Shown: in pieces, positions 61,187 to 64,000 of the stretch
Layout of the letters: each line of letters opens with the position of its first letter
How positions within the stretch are numbered: the stretch's first letter is position 1
Position numbers and translations under genes: made by a program
The notes under the pieces: generated by a model
Databases searched by the model: none
Told to the model about the DNA's origin: nothing
The model's input: the letters and a program-made list of their open reading frames with translations, nothing else
Source of the DNA: Diplonema japonicum
Taxonomy: Eukaryota > Protista > Euglenozoa: Diplonemea
Direction of reading: 5' to 3'
Assembly (NCBI GenBank): GCA_964019335.1
Contig: OZ025674.1
Coordinates: 496,001-560,000 of the forward strand
Length of the DNA stretch: 64,000 nucleotides

Positions 61187-63592
61187 ATGTCCGGTCTGTG
61201 GTCTTTCAGGAATGACGGCATTGATGGCGGGCTCAGGGAGAAACATGTGAGCAGGGCGCTGGAAATGGAGTGCATCGTGGGGCAGGAAATACATAATGCT
61301 GCACCGAAAGTAGACGATGATGAAGAGGAGGATGTGATGGGACTTTTAGCAAAGCTACGGTCATTTGTTGGTGTTGAGGAGAGGGCAGAGCTTGACTCCG
61401 TGGGGGGAGACGAAGAAGGGGAGGAAGAGGATATGTGTAGCGTGGCCAGCGGCAGCACAGACGGTGCCATCACCCGCCTCCGGGAAATGCTTTGCATAGG
61501 TTCATCACCTCAAAAGGAGGCCCCCAAGCCTGCTGACGATGTGACCACCACGATGGCGTCTCTTCACAAAAAGGCACAAGAGGACCCCGTACCAAGAGCA
61601 GACGTCCCTTTACTTTCCTCTGTGACACCTGACGACTACGACCCAAGGCTCTACCCTGGACTCTTTGCCGTGCAGCTCGAAGCGGAAAAGGGGCGTGAGC
61701 GGCCTCTTGCCACCCTCCCCGCTGCTTACGACACCACGAACATCATTAGGCCCAGGAAGAAGCGCGCACCTCTTGATCTCAATTTCGAGAAGCCAACATG
61801 GAACATCGACAGGCAGCCTCTCTGTGGGTCTGTGACGTCACTTCAGAACGAGTCACCTAGGGAATCACCGCTACAGGTCGCAGCAGTACCACTAGCGCAC
61901 AGAGAGCCCCTGCCTCTCCCTTCACCTTCTTTTACCGTGTCCCCGACCACTGTGGTGTCCATGAGTATCGACGACCTAAGGGCACGCTTAACCCCTCTCA
62001 GTGAGAACGGGCTGTCTGTGTCCCCAATCACGGTCATGGACTCACCAGCCGTACCCATGCCGTCGGCATTAACGCCCCAGTTTTCAGCATCAGAGCCAAC
62101 CTGCATGGGGAGGCCCAGACGAACCCCGTTGCCTCAGGTCTCTTGTAGGAGTTCACTTCCCTCCGTCTTGCACTTTTCTAGAGACTCTGCTTTGAGTGTT
62201 TCACTCAGCACAAGCTTTGCAGAAAATGTTGCAAGCAGACCATTGAGTCAGGACAAGGCGGTAGAGGCCCAGTGCCATCCCATCGTGGACAGCAACACAA
62301 GAGCCTGTACTGGAGATGCCAGAACACAGGAGCTCGTGCTAGAGATGTCCGAAAGTACGTGTGAGCAGTTTGGTGAAGTGCACAAAGGTCTGCAAGAACA
62401 GGAGCCCAGCCAGGATCCAGCAGTGCGTGACACGGGGTGCTTGTTGGTGTCAAAAGACCAGCATGAAGTGGATGAAAGCACAGATGAGCAAGATGAAGAA
62501 GAGGTTTTCAAATTAGCGCTCGCAAAGCACTTCCATAATAAGATATGTGTGAAGCGGGCTCTCCTTAGCTGGAAGAGGTTTCATGTAACACAAGTGCAGG
62601 ATGTGCGTGCTGAGCGAGTGGTGAAACTACTCCGTCGTGGAAGGCACGTCGACTGCATGGGCACTGAATCACCAGTGTCGTCCGCAAGCGTACAGACAAG
62701 TACCGACAGGGGCACAAGCCCTGCTACCTGTACAGAATCCAGTCAGTCAAGCACAAAGTACGACGTGTTCTCGCTGAAGGCGTCAAAAAGGAGGGAAAAG
62801 AGGCTTCGTGCACGCGAGGAGCTCCAAAACAGATACCTGCATGCACTGGAGCAAAAGAAACAAGCAGATGAGATGCACCAGCAAGCACTTGAGGAGCAAG
62901 CAACAAAGGAGAAGAAAGCTGCTCAATATGCAAAACGCGAGAAAAAGAAATCTGAGCTCGCCGCAAAGAAGGAGAAGGAAGAACGGAAGAAGGTTTTAAA
63001 GGCAAAGACAACCAAAGCTGTGCTGCACTACCACCGGGTTGTGGCTGGGAAGTGCCTAATGAGGTTGAGGAGCAATGTCGCAATGAGCAAGGCACTAAGG
63101 GAGGAAGCAGAGTGCAGGGGAAGGGCAGCAACGCTGCAGCGCTCAATGTGCGTGTGGAAAGATTCCTGTGAACAGTGGCGCAGGGTGCATATGATAAGCT
63201 TCGTGTTCAGGTGCATCACTTTGAGAAGGTTGTTGTTGCAGTGCTTCAAAAGGGGCTTCTTGAGGAGGTGGCGAGGTGTGGTCACTGCTAAGAAGCTGGA
63301 CGCAGTCAACGCCGCTCGTCTGGACCGCCAGAGAGTGCAGAGGATCGCCTTGGGACAGTGGCGCACCGCTTTGCACACTAAGAGTGCTAAGAGAGACCTG
63401 TCGGCAGCAAGGCAGGCCGATGAGCTGCTCTCTGCCTTCATGCATACCAAGAAACGTCGCCTGTTCACCTCTTGGAAGGACAAAGTGGCCGACAAGCTGA
63501 ACCAACAGCAGCGTCTGCAGTTCCGCAGGCGCATGGCCAACGCTATAAAGGATCTTGTGGGTGACGCGCACGCGCCGCTAGCTGTGCCGTAG
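61187..63592 (+). CDS. Large coiled-coil protein with Sfi1-like Trp repeats (possibly CCDC191-like)
   Basis: 801-aa ORF with a low-complexity centre, a charged coiled coil, and repeated F/L..W+ motifs at the C-terminus. Confidence 0.6.
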   Translation: MSGLWSFRNDGIDGGLREKHVSRALEMECIVGQEIHNAAPKVDDDEEEDVMGLLAKLRSFVGVEERAELDSVGGDEEGEEEDMCSVASGSTDGAITRLREMLCIGSSPQKEAPKPADDVTTTMASLHKKAQEDPVPRADVPLLSSVTPDDYDPRLYPGLFAVQLEAEKGRERPLATLPAAYDTTNIIRPRKKRAPLDLNFEKPTWNIDRQPLCGSVTSLQNESPRESPLQVAAVPLAHREPLPLPSPSFTVSPTTVVSMSIDDLRARLTPLSENGLSVSPITVMDSPAVPMPSALTPQFSASEPTCMGRPRRTPLPQVSCRSSLPSVLHFSRDSALSVSLSTSFAENVASRPLSQDKAVEAQCHPIVDSNTRACTGDARTQELVLEMSESTCEQFGEVHKGLQEQEPSQDPAVRDTGCLLVSKDQHEVDESTDEQDEEEVFKLALAKHFHNKICVKRALLSWKRFHVTQVQDVRAERVVKLLRRGRHVDCMGTESPVSSASVQTSTDRGTSPATCTESSQSSTKYDVFSLKASKRREKRLRAREELQNRYLHALEQKKQADEMHQQALEEQATKEKKAAQYAKREKKKSELAAKKEKEERKKVLKAKTTKAVLHYHRVVAGKCLMRLRSNVAMSKALREEAECRGRAATLQRSMCVWKDSCEQWRRVHMISFVFRCITLRRLLLQCFKRGFLRRWRGVVTAKKLDAVNAARLDRQRVQRIALGQWRTALHTKSAKRDLSAARQADELLSAFMHTKKRRLFTSWKDKVADKLNQQQRLQFRRRMANAIKDLVGDAHAPLAVP

Positions 63593-63721
63593 CCACAGGG
63601 AGGGCAGATATTGTCATGATGCATGCACAAAGTGCCTGTACTTAGAATTAGATTTGTTTTTACCTTGATGTTATTCACCCGACGCATGCGCTTCTCATCT
63701 TCACACACAGGATTGGATACG

Positions 63722-64000
63722 ATGACCGGTTTAGAGAAGTATCGCAAGTACGGCAGCCTTGCTGACGTAGGTACGAACCTTACTCAACTGAAGCCTAACA
63801 AGGTGCATGAGATCCTACAGCGCGCTAAAGAGGTTGGCGTCGACAAGATGATCATTCTCGGGACGTGCGTGACGAGCAGCACTGATGCAATGCGCATGGC
63901 CAACAACAAGAATTACCTCAGCCACGGTGTGGAGCTCTTCTTCACTGCAGGTGTGCACCCTTACGAAAGCAAGTCGTGGGACAGCAGCAGTAAAGATCTT
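63722..64000 (+). CDS. TatD-family nuclease, 5' part (runs off the window; not in the ORF track)
   Basis: MTGLEKYRKYGSLADVGTNLT..ILQRAKEVGVDKMIILGT..LFFTAGVHPY matches the TatD DIGxNLT and TAGVHP motifs. Confidence 0.85.
   Translation, partial: MTGLEKYRKYGSLADVGTNLTQLKPNKVHEILQRAKEVGVDKMIILGTCVTSSTDAMRMANNKNYLSHGVELFFTAGVHPYESKSWDSSSKDL

Overview
Eukaryotic protist nuclear DNA, most consistent with a euglenozoan and probably a diplonemid. The evidence is that all recognisable host genes lie head-to-tail on the + strand, intron donors are GTATG-type, an amastin-like gene is present, and two enzymes carry PTS1 tags. There are about 19 host genes: a NALCN/Cch1-like four-domain channel, a RanBP2/RING protein, USP7, a PARN-like chimera, NSA2, a metacaspase, TRPML, NAD-GDH, AlkB, a pseudo-OTU, Ppx/GppA, a sarcosine-oxidase-like enzyme, TrpRS, SKI2, an amastin-like protein, TatD and a few unknowns. 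I reconstructed 19 tiny GT-AG introns by hand (34-61 nt, one swollen by a transposon). They are strongly biased to the 3' ends of genes, and most have A-rich rather than pyrimidine-rich acceptors. The intergenic DNA from 1-50 kb, including a gene desert at 14-29 kb, is full of homopolymer runs and mobile DNA. It holds four internally deleted piggyBac elements (one nested inside another's terminal repeat), two copies of a Crypton-like hairpin element, and several families of retroposon-like 3' stubs. The stubs all point in the gene direction, end in a stem-loop plus a poly(T) rather than poly(A) tail, and stack in each other's tails. A Sola-type element also sits inside a USP7 intron. No rRNA, tRNA or CRISPR array was recognised. 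All family assignments come from motif recognition by eye, not database searches.
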